Under the pieces are notes generated by a model that was given only the letters and a program-made list of their open reading frames with translations, was not told the origin of the DNA and ran no database searches. This document shows positions 26,318 through 40,430 of a DNA stretch of 64,000 nucleotides, one piece after another. Positions within the stretch are counted from its first letter, which is position 1. Each line of letters starts with the position of its first letter. Source of the DNA: Octopus sinensis (lineage: Eukaryota); assembly GCF_006345805.1 (NCBI RefSeq), contig NW_021833748.1, forward strand, positions 27,607 to 91,606, in the 5' to 3' direction. Both the position numbers and the translations under genes were made by a program.

Positions 26318-28417
26318 ATACACATTAAATCTGTTTATGTATGTATATATATATATGTATATGTATATATAATATATATATATAATATATACATGCATAT
26401 ACATGTATGTATATATATATGCATGTATATATAAATGTATATATATGTATGTATACACATAAATATGTATCTATAATTTCTATCATACAAATAAATGTAC
26501 TTATAAATAAAGATGTATACACAAATATATTCGTATATATTAATAGATATATTTCTATACGCATATGCGCACTCACACACACACACAAAACAATGCATAA
26601 TGTAGGTGTATGCGTGGGTGTTATGCACATGTGCGTACATATTTTGCATATATAACATATATGTAAATAACAGCAATTTCATAAAATACTTTTAACAAGC
26701 ACTATCGCATATCACATGCATAGATACATTCATACAGATCATATATGTATATAAGTGTATTATTTACACCATATCTACATACATATATTTATTATATAAC
26801 ACATCTGTGTGTGTATGTGATATTTAAGCACAAACGCTAGCATCACTTAATACGTGTCAGTTGCTGTGTTTTAAGTATAATGTCGGGATTCCTCCTGCTG
26901 TAATGTAAGTTTGAATACCTCCTTATGCAATATCAAAAACATGAAAACCCCATTTCTGACGTTGTAGGTATTTAAGTTAGCTAACGACTATTACTAAGTG
27001 ATTAAACAGTGAAAATATAATTAAATACTTAGATTCAACATGAATGCTAAAATATGAAACAGTTTTTAAGTTGAAGCCAAATTTTTCTTAGTTTCTGTGA
27101 GTTTTTATTGATGATCATTAAATTGACGAAAATTAAAACTATGTTCCAGTGAACACCATAGAGAAACCTTCCAAAATTTACTATGTGTATATGTATGTAT
27201 GCATGTATGTATGTATGCATGTATGTATGTATGCAGTATGTATGTATGTATGTATGTATGTATGTATTTATGGTATGTGTGTATGTATGTACGTATGTAT
27301 GTATGTATGCATGCATGTATGTGTCTGTATGCATGCACATGTATGTATGTATGTATGTATGCATGCACGTATGTATGTATGTAATGTATGTAAGTATGTA
27401 TGTATGTATGTATGTATGTATGTATGTATGTGCATGTATGCATGTATGTATGCAGTATGTATGTATGGTTTATGTATGTATGTATGTATGTATGCATGCA
27501 TGCATGCATGTATGTATGTTATGTATGTATGTATGTATGTATGTATTTATGTATTTAGACATCCATATATTTATAAATACAGCTTGTCTTAATAAAATGT
27601 ATACATAAGTTGAATGATTATATTCTTTTCATTTTTGTTCTAGTTGTTTCGGTCATTAAACTGCGGCCAAACTGGACCACCACCACCTTGAAGAAGTTTT
27701 GTCGAATGAATACAGACGAAGAGTATTTCTATATAGATGCCAGGACACGTTTTATTAAACAGAAAATAGCTAACCATGAAAATTCTTTTAGAAATAAGGA
27801 GAAGAAAATTATACTTGTCTAAGTACATTAATTTGGCCGCTGAAAGATAGTAACAAAATATATTCGATTGGCTGGGATATCATTAGTAAGGCTAAGACTT
27901 ATAGAATAGGGGGTGAAAATGCGTTGAGGAAATGTACCAAATTTTCACTTCTAAATTTCATCTAATATATACAAGACACTGTATACATAAGAAATTATTA
28001 GAATGATAGAAATGATTAGAATAACAATTGTGATAACAAGAACCAAAAAATAGATTAAACTTGATTGATTAGCTCTAAACCAAGATACTCTGTTTAAAAT
28101 GAGTGAAATGATAGACTTCTAGTAGTAATGGTAAGTCTACATTCACATTCAATCCAGCCTTGACTTATTTTTAGACTACGTTTCGCTTCATCTACCACAT
28201 ATAGTAGAAGTGAACCCCAGATCGGAATTCCAACAACTATTAACATAGCACCGACACCTTCTAAAAAAACTTTATTCAGTTTGCTGATTCCTTCAGTTTC
28301 ACTTCGAAACGGCAGAGAGTAAGGCCTGTGATGAAACTGCACCGACCTTGACACCAGATTGCATATCCAACAGTGCGCCGTTGATGCAGGTGAAATGTGC
28401 GAAGATCCAGAAAAGGA

Positions 28418-28828
28418 TACTCTTTACTCTTTTTACTTTTACTTGTTTCAGTCATTTGACTGCGGCCATGCTGGAGCACCGCCTTTAGTCGAGCAAATCG
28501 ACCCCGGGACTTATTCTTTGTAAGCCCAGTACTTATTCTATCGGTCTCTATTGCCGAACCGCTAAGTGACGGGGACGTAAACACACCAGCATCGGTTGTC
28601 AAGCAATGCTAGGGGAACAAACACACACACATACACACACATACATATATATATATATACATATATACGACAGGCTTCTTTCAGTTTCCGTCTACCAATC
28701 CACTCACAAGCATTGGTCGGCCCGGGGCTATAGCAGAAGACACTTGCCCAGATGCCACGCAGTGGGACTGAACCCAGAACCATGTGGTTGGTTAGCAAAC
28801 TACTTACCACACAGCCACTCCTGCGCCT
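28418..28828 (-). mobile_element. SINE-A, full length
   Basis: Reverse complement of SINE-A from tail to head. Confidence 0.92.
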
Positions 28829-29060
28829 ATACTATAAATAACTGTTAATAAGATTATGGATATGAAAACTCTCCGTTCTCCTTATGACTTTAAGAAATAA
28901 GGACAAAAATCATTGTAATTTGGTCGCTGAAAGATAGTAGCAAAATATATTGGATTGGCTGGGATATTATTAATTACTTCCTCTACGGAAATTCTGCAGT
29001 CCTGAATCGGACACTCGGATTTACCCAGCGAGAAAAGTTACCATAATTTAGCAACATAAA

Positions 29061-29460
29061 GGTGCAGGAGTGGCTGTGTGGTAAGTAGCTTGCTAACCAA
29101 CCACATGGTTCCGGGTTCAGTCCCACTGCGTGGCATCTTGGGCAAGTGTCTTCTGCTATAGCCCCGGGTCGACCAATGCCTTGTGAGTGGATTTGGTAGA
29201 CGGAAACTGAAAGAAGCCTGTCATCTATATGTATGTATATATATATATATATATATGTGTGTGTTTGTCCCCCTAGCATTGCTTGACAACCGATGCTGGT
29301 GTGTTTACGTCCCCATCACTTAGCTGTTCGGCAAAAAGAGACCGATAGAATAAGTACTGGGCTTACAAAGAATAAGACCCGGGGTCGATTTGCTCGACTA
29401 AAGGCGGTGCTCCAGCATGGCCGCAGTCAAATGACTGAAACAAGTAAAAGAGTAAGAGTA
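29061..29460 (+). mobile_element. SINE-A, full length
   Basis: Head to tail match; inverted relative to 28418-28828. Confidence 0.92.
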
Positions 29461-30139
29461 ACTTATTGTTAGATCGGATATCACAAAAGGACTGTTGTGG
29501 TTAGCCGGCATCTGATACTGTACATAATTCCTCATCTTTTAAATATAGAACTGTATGCGTAAGATAGTTAAGGTTCAGGAATATTAAGCAGAGGTAATAC
29601 TCTGATAAGTGGGTCTACTAATAACATTTAAACTAGCAAATAGTGTTGTATATAGGATTTAATAGAACTTAGAGAATACGAATCGGTCTTTATGCAAACA
29701 AAATGTATTATTCTACTCTTATTGAGTAGAGGTGATATGGCCAATAAAATTAGTAGTTTCTCACATATACAGAGTTCACATCGCTTATTGTTTATGCTAT
29801 AGGACGAAGGTTTTTGCTAGGATACGCCATTCTAAACTACAGTTGATTTTTTGTCTTCTAATTCCCAAATGTAGCTACTAAGGCATGTAGAGTGTGCTTT
29901 GGTTCTGTTTGTAAAGGTAGATTGGTGGGAAATGTATCTTAGTATCATTTTGTTTCTCGTGGCTCCTGTATAAGATTTCGTATGGTTATTTGTGTGTACA
30001 TCGCATTGGTATATTACGTTTTTTTATGGGGGGGTTAAACACATCTAACTTATACCTTACTATATATATATATATATATATATAGATATAATATTATATT
30101 ATATATATATATATATATTATAATATATATTTATATGTA

Positions 30140-30583
<444 letters not shown>

Positions 30584-30589
30584 TATATG

Positions 30590-30780
30590 TGAGCGCGTGT
30601 GTACCATTGGCGATTCTTTTTCCTCTGTCTTCCCTTCTCTGGATTTTTCCTTCTCCTATGTTTCCGAAGAAGAGCTCCGCTCGAAACGTTAAACCCTCCT
30701 TCTTTCCTTCTTTCCTGAGCGTCCAATAATACTATATTTGTTCCACGTCCTCGCGTTGTTGTGTTTTTTTGTGCTTTCAT
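30590..30780 (+). mobile_element. (TA)n-flanked PLE pLTR-like insert with minimal HHR at 30660-30694 (U4C)
   Basis: GTTT CCGAAGA A GAGC-TCC-GCTC GAA ACGT T AAAC; shares a downstream ttcctgagcg motif with 30140-30443. Confidence 0.75.
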
Positions 30781-31402
30781 GTATATATATATATATCAAC
30801 TGGAACCCACTTTATTGTAACCGATGTAGTGCCAGTTTTAGTTACAATATGCATGTATATCAATTTGTGCGTATGCGAAACTTTTGGAAGTGACTTCGAA
30901 GCTTCTTTATAAAAATTATGTAATCTACCAAGATATACTTCGCAACGCTCAGCTTTAAATTAAATTGTTTTTATATATATAAATAGACGGACATTTGTAT
31001 ACATACATAAACACACGTATATATATATATATATATAGATATACATGTGTGCGTATGTATGTGTATGTGTCTATCCTCGTGTGTGTGTGTGTGTGTGTGT
31101 TCTTATGCGTGTGTATGTACATGTGTGCGTATATATAATGTGGATAGCTACCAGATATATACATACAAGTTTTGTATATAAATATACATATATAGAGATA
31201 TATACATATATATACATATGTATATATATATATATATATATACACCCACACACACACACATGTGTTAAGGAATAGAATAGAAAAGATCCGGGTTACATGT
31301 GTATCATAGCGAGTGGAACCTTCAAAATGATAAATATCCAAGCGAGGTGTATAAGATTCAATAAATGCACCCACCCACCCACATATATATATTACATAGA
31401 TT

Positions 31403-31488
<86 letters not shown>

Positions 31489-31901
31489 ATGTGTGTGTGT
31501 GTGTATAAATAATGTAGGTGGTTTATCAGCAATTTATAATGTAAAGGCAAATTTATAGACGTCACTACAGTGACATGGAGTACAAAATGCAACAAGCATT
31601 GTTATAAATTTGAGCCAAAACGACTCGTTAGCCAGAGAATTGCCAGGAAGCCACCCACATTATTTACAGTATATGCTTCTACCGTTTTTGAAATCATCAC
31701 ATATTTACAACGATTTGTTATAATATGAGGAGGCGAGTTGAGGTTAATCCTAAGGTGATAAGGCTACCGTAAGGAGCTTTGCTTTCTTTGTCAACGTATT
31801 AACATAGTGCTTTTGTGGTTAAGGAGCTGTTTTGAATCTTATTTGTAGCAATGCAGGTACCACTTTGCACCCACTGTCCCCTTAGCGATCTTTCTCTCTC
31901 T

Positions 31902-32493
31902 CTATGTGGACGCTCTTGCGCTAAAAATAGATCCGCAATGGTCTCAACCACCAAGAATTGTTCTCAACGAAAATTAGCACAACTATGAACGTAAGCGAGC
32001 AGGACAAATGAAAAATAACAAAAATGTAGATCAACCCTAAACAATTATTTCACTGTTAATAAATTATACAATTTTACTTACACAATAAATCCACAGCTCA
32101 TCAGTAGGTTTCGTCATGAATATAATTTGTTGAACTGCACGCCAGATTTTAACACTAAGTCAAACGCACGTGTACTTCAGCCTATTATATTCGCAGTTAT
32201 GTTCGAATGTCCTCGTTCTAGCGCGCCCGGAAACAAATAGTAGTTAGTACCGGTTTGAGAACATATTAATTTATAATTCAAAAATAAGGGTGAAAAATTG
32301 GATATTAATTTAATAACACCAATTCAACACCAAGCGGTCCAGCGCACAAAAACTGAGATTCAGTAATTAATACACAAATATAAGAGAGGGTCCACTATGT
32401 GGACGCTCTTGAGCTAAAAATAGATCTGCAATGGTCTCAACCACCAAGAAATGTTCTCAAATAAAATTGGCACAACTATGAACGTAAGCGAGC
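31902..32493 (-). mobile_element. HHR element, 1.2 units of a 493-nt monomer between microsatellites
   Basis: Direct repeats 31902-32000 and 32395-32493 (offset 493); (CT)n left, (TG)/(TA) right. Confidence 0.85.
32033..32111 (-). ncRNA. Type I hammerhead, canonical core, extended stem II
   Basis: Minus: AAACCTA CTGATGA GCTGT-(36 nt)-ACAGT GAA ATAATTGT T TAGGGTT; near-palindromic stem III, GUU triplet. Confidence 0.8.
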
Positions 32494-32656
32494 GTGTATA
32501 TGTGTTTATGTGTGTATGAATATATATACATATATTCTTACATACATACACAGATACACCTATGTGCATAAATGTAGACTTTCTAACTTAGAGGGTGTTA
32601 GTTTCTAATTGTCTCCTTGAATTCTTTCTCGTTATCTTTTCTATACATGAAAGAGA

Positions 32657-33046
32657 GGAGGCGCAATGGCCCAGTAGTTAGGGCAGCGGACTCGCGGTCG
32701 TAGGATCGCGGTTTCGATTCCCAGACCGGGCGTTGTGAGTGTTTATTGAGCGAAAACACCTAAAGCTCCACGAGGCTCCGGCAGGGGGTGGTGGTCATCC
32801 CTGCTGTACTCTTTCACCACAACTTTCTCTCACTCTTACTTCCTGTTTCTGTTGTACCTTGTATTTCAAAGGGCCGGCCTTGTCACTCTCTGTGTCACGC
32901 TGAATATCCCCGAGAACTACGTTAAGGGTACACGTGTCTGTGGAGTGCTCAGCCACTTGCACGTTAATTTCACGAGCAGGCTGGCTGTTCCGTTGATCGG
33001 ATCAACCGGAACCCTCGTCGTCGTAACCGACGGAGTGCTTACATCC
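32657..33046 (+). mobile_element. SINE-C, full length
   Basis: Head to tail match; probable TSD acatgaaag on both flanks. Confidence 0.9.
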
Positions 33047-33189
33047 ACATGAAAGGGCAGATTGTGCGAAACATCGCATTCGCCACTCCTTGAAGCAAGT
33101 TCATCATTTGCTGCCTAACAATTTTAACAATTAACACAAGTTTTGCCTACGCAGACAAACATCATTTTCCGCATTTTCTGTTACAGCAC

Positions 33190-33277
<88 letters not shown>

Positions 33278-33426
33278 ATGTATGTATACATACCTATGCA
33301 AACTCGGAGAAATATAGACATAAGTGTACAGAAAAACGGAAAAAGAAAAAAAGTAGAATTGATTGAGGTGTTTCCGTTTTCGGGATGGATAGACGGTTAA
33401 CAACGCAACATCCTCGTCCTCCACTT

Positions 33427-33499
33427 CATCATCGCCAACATCATCATCATCATCACCATCATCACCATCATCATCATCATCATCACCATCATCACCATC

Positions 33500-33562
<63 letters not shown>

Positions 33563-33565
33563 ATC

Positions 33566-33597
<32 letters not shown>

Positions 33598-33646
33598 CAT
33601 CATCATCGTCATCATCATCATCATCATCATCATCACCATCACCATC

Positions 33647-33696
<50 letters not shown>

Positions 33697-33947
33697 CATC
33701 ATCATCATCATCATCATCGCCGTCATCGTCGTCTTCGACATCGCCATCATCATCGCCGTCATCACATTCTCATCAACATCATCATCATCATTATCATCAT
33801 CATCATCATCATCATCGCCACCTCCACCATCATTATCATCGTCATCGTCGTCTTCGCCATCGCCATCATCACATTCTCATCAACATCATCATCACCATCA
33901 TCATCATCATCACCATCATCACCATCATCATCATCACCATCACCATC

Positions 33948-33979
<32 letters not shown>

Positions 33980-33990
33980 CATCATCATCC

Positions 33991-34024
<34 letters not shown>

Positions 34025-34432
34025 CATCATCATCATCATCATCATCGCCGTCATCGTCGTCTTCGACATCGCCATCATCATCGCCGTCATCACATTCTCA
34101 TCAACATCATCATCATCATCATCATCGCCACCTACACCACCATTATCATCATCATCGTCGTCTTCGCCATCGCCATCATCACATTCTCATCGACATCATC
34201 ATCACCATCATCAACAGCATCACCATCATCATCAACATCATCATCACCACCACCATCATCATCATCATCATCATCTCATCATCATCACCATCATCATCAT
34301 CAACATCATCATCACCATCATCATGATCATCATCATCACCATCATCATCACCACCACCATCATCATCACCATCATCATCACCACCACCATCATCATCATC
34401 ATCATTATCAACATCATCATCACCATCATCAT

Positions 34433-34472
<40 letters not shown>

Positions 34473-34660
34473 CCATCATCATCACCACCACCATCATCAT
34501 CATCATCATCCTCATCAGCACCACCATTATCATCGTCATCGTCGTCGTCCTCGCCATCGTCATCATCATCGCCGTCGTTGCCGTTATCCTCGCCGTTCTC
34601 ATCACCATCATCAACATCATCATCATCATCATCATCATCATTGTTATCGACAGCACCATC
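33427..34660. repeat. Imperfect (CAT)n tract with an internal block duplication
   Basis: cgccgtcatcgtcgtcttcgacatcgccatcatcatcgccgtcatcacattctcatcaac at about 33718 and about 34046; source of poly-His/Ser/Ile ORFs. Confidence 0.97.
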
Positions 34661-34848
34661 CTAATCAAGGTACCTATGTAAATATCAACCCACCTATCTC
34701 CCCCAGTCAACGAGAAACCTTCGATTTTAATTGGCGCCTCCGTTTCTTAGATCCGTTTCGCTACGTACGTACGTACGTACTTATATGTGGGTGGGATAAT
34801 ATGTGATGTTTGTGTTTGTGTGGAATGTATGTGTTGTGTGTGTGTGTG

Positions 34849-34884
<36 letters not shown>

Positions 34885-35049
34885 GTGCGTGAGTTTGTAT
34901 GTGTATGTATGCATGTATGTATGTGTGTAAGTATGGGCCTAAGTGGGTCTATCGTTGCCGAAATGTCCAGACAACACCCACCAATCCCATCATTGATAAT
35001 GCATCCTACGTCAATGGAAAGTGTTTAAACAATGCACATTGTGCCTTTA

Positions 35050-35203
35050 TGTATGTATATGTTTGTATGCACATATATACATACATATATATACATATAT
35101 ATATATATGTATATATACGTACATATATATATATATATATATAAATACATACATATATATATATATGCATACATACATATATATATGCATACATACATAT
35201 ATA

Positions 35204-35239
<36 letters not shown>

Positions 35240-35366
35240 TATACATACATATATACATACATACATATATATATATACATCCATACATATATATACATAC
35301 ATACATATATATATACATGCATACACATATATATATACATGCATATATATATATACACATACATAC

Positions 35367-35415
<49 letters not shown>

Positions 35416-35613
35416 CATGCATTTATATATATATATATATACATTCATATATATATATATATACATACATACAAACATGCATATATATATACATACCTAC
35501 ATATATATATATATACAAACATATACACATGCAGATATATATACATACATACATACACATATACATACAGACGTACACATATACATACATGCACACCCAC
35601 ACACCCACCCACC

Positions 35614-35649
<36 letters not shown>

Positions 35650-35841
35650 CGTAGATATATATATAGAGTGAGAGAGAGATAGAAACATGTACATGCTATA
35701 TATGTATATACAGATATATTTATAAATACATACACACGCACTAACACACACACACACACTTACAAATGTATATATACGTATATAAATACATACATATATA
35801 TATACATACATACAACATATATGTATGCGTGTATACATACA

Positions 35842-35878
<37 letters not shown>

Positions 35879-35990
35879 AACATGTGTGTCTTTGTGTATG
35901 AGCGTATCTGTGTGTGCGTGTGTGTACATACAATATATACCCATACCATACACACATGTAGACGAATATAAACACGTATATAACCATGTC
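35050..35990. repeat. (TA)/(TACA)/(CA) compound microsatellite
   Basis: Direct inspection. Confidence 0.96.
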
Positions 35991-36245
35991 ATTTCCTTTA
36001 CAGGGTTTTCACACGCACTTAACATATTCACGTACATTCGTACAAGTATATACAGAAATCATTCTCAAACGGTAGTGTGTGAATAATATTCTTCAGGTCA
36101 ACTTTTACTCACTCGCGGCCAATTTGACGCTTTGCCACTAATTCAGGTTTAGTTCAATCTTAATTCGGTTCTTTGCATTATGACCAACCAGTAGCAAGCT
36201 ACTTTCTAACATAAGATAATCGAAATTTGGTTCAGTAGGAAAAAA

Positions 36246-36362
36246 GGAGTGGCTGTGTGGTAAAGTAGCTTGCTAACCAACCACATGTTTCCGGGTTCAG
36301 CCCCACTGCGTGGCATCTTGTGAGTGGATTTGGTAGATGGAAACTGAAAGAAGCCCATCGTA

Positions 36363-36393
<31 letters not shown>

Positions 36394-36838
36394 GTATCTA
36401 TGTATAATGTATGTATGTGTATATATAAATAGGCGCAGGAGTGGCTGTGTGGTAAGTAGCTTGCTAACCAACCACATGGTTCCGGGTTCAGTCCTACTGC
36501 GTGGCATCTTGGGCAAATGTCTTCTGCTATAGCCCCGGGCCGACCAATGCCTTGTGAGTGGATTTGGTAGATGGAAACTGAAAGAAGCCTGTCGTATATA
36601 TGTATATATATGTATGTGTGTGTGTGCATTTGTGTGTCTGTGTTTGTCCCCCTAGCATTGCTTGACAACCGATGCTGGTGTGTTTACGTCCCCGTAACTT
36701 AGCGGTTCGAAAAGAGATCGATAGAATAAGTACTGGGCTTACAAAGAATAAGTCCCGGGGTCGATTTGCTCGACTAAAGGCGGTGCTCTAGCATGGCCGC
36801 AGTCAAATGACTGAAACAAGTAAAAGAGTAAAAGAGTA
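36246..36838 (+). mobile_element. Internally deleted SINE-A 5' part followed by a full SINE-A (36432-36838)
   Basis: Two consecutive heads, one tail. Confidence 0.88.
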
Positions 36839-37230
36839 AATGTAGGTTCAAAAACGGAGGAGTAACGCCTAATATTTATTCTTTTTCTTAATGTCCATAT
36901 TTGGTGCTTCCCATTTAGAATATTCCATGTTTTGGATAACTCCAATTTTTTCTAGTCTCTCTAACTCTAGGTTTATCTGTTCTGACTCTGCAAACGGTAC
37001 AGTTCGTTTTTGTTAAAATGTTGGTATGTCGTTCTCTTGTATTCGAATTTATCGGACGTAACTTCAGGAAAAATATATTTTAATTTTTTTTCTCAATTCG
37101 TCTGACGACCTATTTGTACTTTAGGAAAAACCATTTACATTTTCACTGAAAAAAAAGTTATAGACGTATTTGATTGGTTGAAATTGCAGAAATTAAAGAA
37201 AAAAAAAACAACACATATCTTACAAACCTC

Positions 37231-37269
<39 letters not shown>

Positions 37270-37302
37270 ATATATATATACATATATACATAAATATCTA
37301 TA

Positions 37303-37339
<37 letters not shown>

Positions 37340-37340
37340 A

Positions 37341-37416
37341 ATCTTACTGAAGAGCCTACATGAGTAAATAAATATTATTTTATTGCTGAAAATCGAAACT
37401 AAACGCAGTCTAAGAT
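37341..37416 (+). ncRNA. Type I hammerhead, canonical core, inside a (TA)n-flanked insert (37337-37580)
   Basis: ATCTTA CTGAAGA G-(39 nt)-C GAA ACT-AAACGC-AGT C TAAGAT; 6-bp stem I, GUC triplet; stem II base poorly paired. Confidence 0.75.
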
Positions 37417-37601
37417 GAACAGAGTTAGTAAATTTTTATTTTCATTTCGCTAAATTTATCAAGCTTCTGTGTTCCTAGTACATACTTCGCTTTTAATGTA
37501 CTTATATATGAATAATATATGGCCTGTGCTAGAAACACCAGCGATAATAATTAATTTTATTTTATCGCATTTTGAATTTGTTTATATATATATATATATA
37601 T

Positions 37602-37634
<33 letters not shown>

Positions 37635-37661
37635 GGGGGGAGAAAGGGGGAAAGATAGATT

Positions 37662-37731
<70 letters not shown>

Positions 37732-38437
37732 GATAGATATTTATGTATGTATTCATATATATTAGTAGCAAGAAAGCCAGTTACTGGCGTTATAGTCGCC
37801 CAGTCGCCGTATTGAGGATATTCCATATAACTATGTGTGTGTGTGGATGCAGGAGTAAGAGGAAAACAAAGTGAATTGAACATAATTATGTTGCACGAAA
37901 TGAAAAAAACATTCATTTGTCATCACAAATATTTCGAGTGAAAAGACTCATCTTCAAAGCAAACAGGTGATATTAGTAGACACTTGTATGGATAATGAGA
38001 AAAAAAGAGTGCGCGGGCATGCTTAATTAGAAGAGATAAAATATACAATGTAACATACCGATAACTACACATATACATACCTACAACACTCAACCTATAT
38101 ACTTTTATATATACTAACAACTAAGGATACATATATATGTGTGAGTATATGTGTGTGTCTATACATATTTGTATACATATATATATCTTTATATATTTTT
38201 ACATATATATACATATATATATGTATATATATATGTATATATATATTATATATATATATATATATATAATATAGGTATGTATGTAGAGATAAGTAGATTG
38301 ATATCGATATAGTAGAGAGCAAATACAAAAAATAGAACATCTAAGGGATTTCCACAGTTAATATTTTGATGACAAAGGAGAAAAGTTGTAGAGTAAATAC
38401 ATAAATGCATACATATATACAAATATACAGATACATA

Positions 38438-38468
<31 letters not shown>

Positions 38469-38639
38469 CATATATATGAGTGCGTGTGTGTGTTGATAGA
38501 TAGAATTAAATAGAAACATATATATACATAAGTATTCGTCTATATTTGTACCTTTCTAGTCATAGCTATAATTATCTATTTATGTGTGTACGCGTGCGTA
38601 TGTATTTATGTATGTGTATATTTATCTCTCTCTCTCTCC

Positions 38640-38670
<31 letters not shown>

Positions 38671-38719
38671 CATATATATGTATATCTGTATGTATATATA
38701 TATGTGTGTGTGTGTCCAC

Positions 38720-38754
<35 letters not shown>

Positions 38755-39250
38755 TGTATGTATGTATGTATGTATGTATGTATGTATGTATGTATGTATG
38801 TATATGTGTTTGTATGTATCTATCTATGTATGTACGAACGTATATACGTACAGCTGTATAATATATCATTCATATTTTCTCTTCAGAAAGACTATTACCA
38901 AAGCAGATGGTTCTGCATTACAAGGAACATTTCTAAAGACGGCCTGAATATCTTCACTTCGGTGAAGATGGCTGCGTATGTTTCTGTGAGCGTACGTAAA
39001 CTTATTTCTGAATTTCTGCATACATATATAGGTTTGTGCTTCAGCTTATATGCACCAATATAAAATATACATACAAACACACATATTCATGCACAAACAA
39101 ACACATTCAGATACGGGGGTGTATTGTATTGTCTTAATGCAGCTTCAGTGCGAATACATTCGCAAGCAATATTGTTTATGTTATTATTGAACACTTAATT
39201 AGCACATGAAATTGGTCCATCACAGTGTTTGATTAAGCTTCTAATTACGA

Positions 39251-39625
39251 TGGATGGAAGCACTCCGTCGGTTACGACGACGAGGGTTCCGGTTGATCCG
39301 AATCAACGGAACAGCCTGCTCGTGAAATTAACGTGTAAGTGGCTGAGCACTCCACAGACACGTGTACCCTTAACGTAGTTCTCGGGGATATTCAGCGTGA
39401 CACAGAGAGTGACAAGGCCGGCCCTTTGAAATACAGGTACAACAGAAACAGGAAGTAAGAGTGAGAGAAAGTTGTGGCGAAAGAGTACAGCAGGGATCAC
39501 CACCACCCCCTGCCGGAGCCTCGTGGAGCTTTTAGGTGTTTTCGCTCAATAAACACTCACAACGCCCGGTCTGGGAATCGAAACCGCGATCCTGCGACCG
39601 CGAGTCCTTTGCCCTAACCACTGGG
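39251..39625 (-). mobile_element. SINE-C, 5' end slightly truncated
   Basis: Reverse complement of SINE-C. Confidence 0.9.
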
Positions 39626-40044
39626 TATTTACGATACAGGTACACACAAACCAATATACACACACACTCATACAGACATATATTCACACACACAAACACA
39701 CACTATCCCTCAGACACACATACAAACACACACGCACTCAGACCCCCCCCCCCACACACACTCAGGCACGGGGCCTAGGTGTGCGGTAAGAAGTTTGCTT
39801 CCCAACCACATGACCCCGAGTTCAGTCCCAGAGCGTGGCACATTCGATGAGTCTGCTTTGGTGAGGCTTCTACTATAGCCTCCGGCAAACCAAAGGGTCC
39901 TTAGTGGATTTGGTTCACGGAAACTGTAAGAATCCTGTCATGTATTTATTTGGTTATAAAATCTCCTCTGGTCTCTCTCAAATAATCTATTCTGTTGATA
40001 CTGATCTATTCTTTTCTGATATCTGGAGAGCTTGCCCGCGACTG

Positions 40045-40430
40045 GGTGGGAAGCACTCCGTCGGTTACGACGATGAGGGTTCCTGTTGATCCGAATCAAC
40101 GGAACAGCCTGCTCGTGAAATTAACGTGTAAGTGGCTGAGCACTCCACAGACACGTGTACCCTTAACGTAGTTCTCGGGGATATTCAGCGTGACACAGAG
40201 AGTGGCAAAGCCGGCCCTTTGAAATACAGGTACCACAGAAACAGGAAGTAAGAGTGAGAGAAAGTTGTGGTGAAAGAGTACAGCAGGGATCACCACCATC
40301 CCCTGCCGGAGTCTCGTGGAGCCTTTAGGTGTTTTCGCTCAATAAACAAGCACAACGCCCGGTCTGGGAATCGAAACCGCGATCCTATGACCGCGAGTCC
40401 GCTGCCCTAACCACTGGGCCATTGTGCCTC
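40045..40430 (-). mobile_element. SINE-C, full length, 12-bp TSD
   Basis: TSD tgcccgcgactg at 40033-40044 and 40431-40442. Confidence 0.93.

Larger units (their letters stand above)
20626..27540. repeat. Tandem segmental duplication of about 3.44 kb (20626-24061 and 24062-about 27540)
   Basis: Track ORFs recur at offset 3435; junction joins (TATG)n to mid-SINE-A through atg microhomology. Confidence 0.93.

Noticed and set aside
33385-34664. Poly-His, poly-Ser, poly-Met ORFs (also 2110-3264 and 5521-6021)
   Set aside because: Trinucleotide microsatellites; no flanking domain or splice structure
37921-37960. TTGAAGA T GAGT-CTTTTC-ACTC GAA ATATTTGT G on the minus strand
   Set aside because: C3U, G17 and no stem I; may be a relic but not supportable
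38950-38969. 8-bp stem with cUUCGg tetraloop; also a 10-bp hairpin at 14167-14193
   Set aside because: Isolated short hairpins expected occasionally by chance; no supporting context
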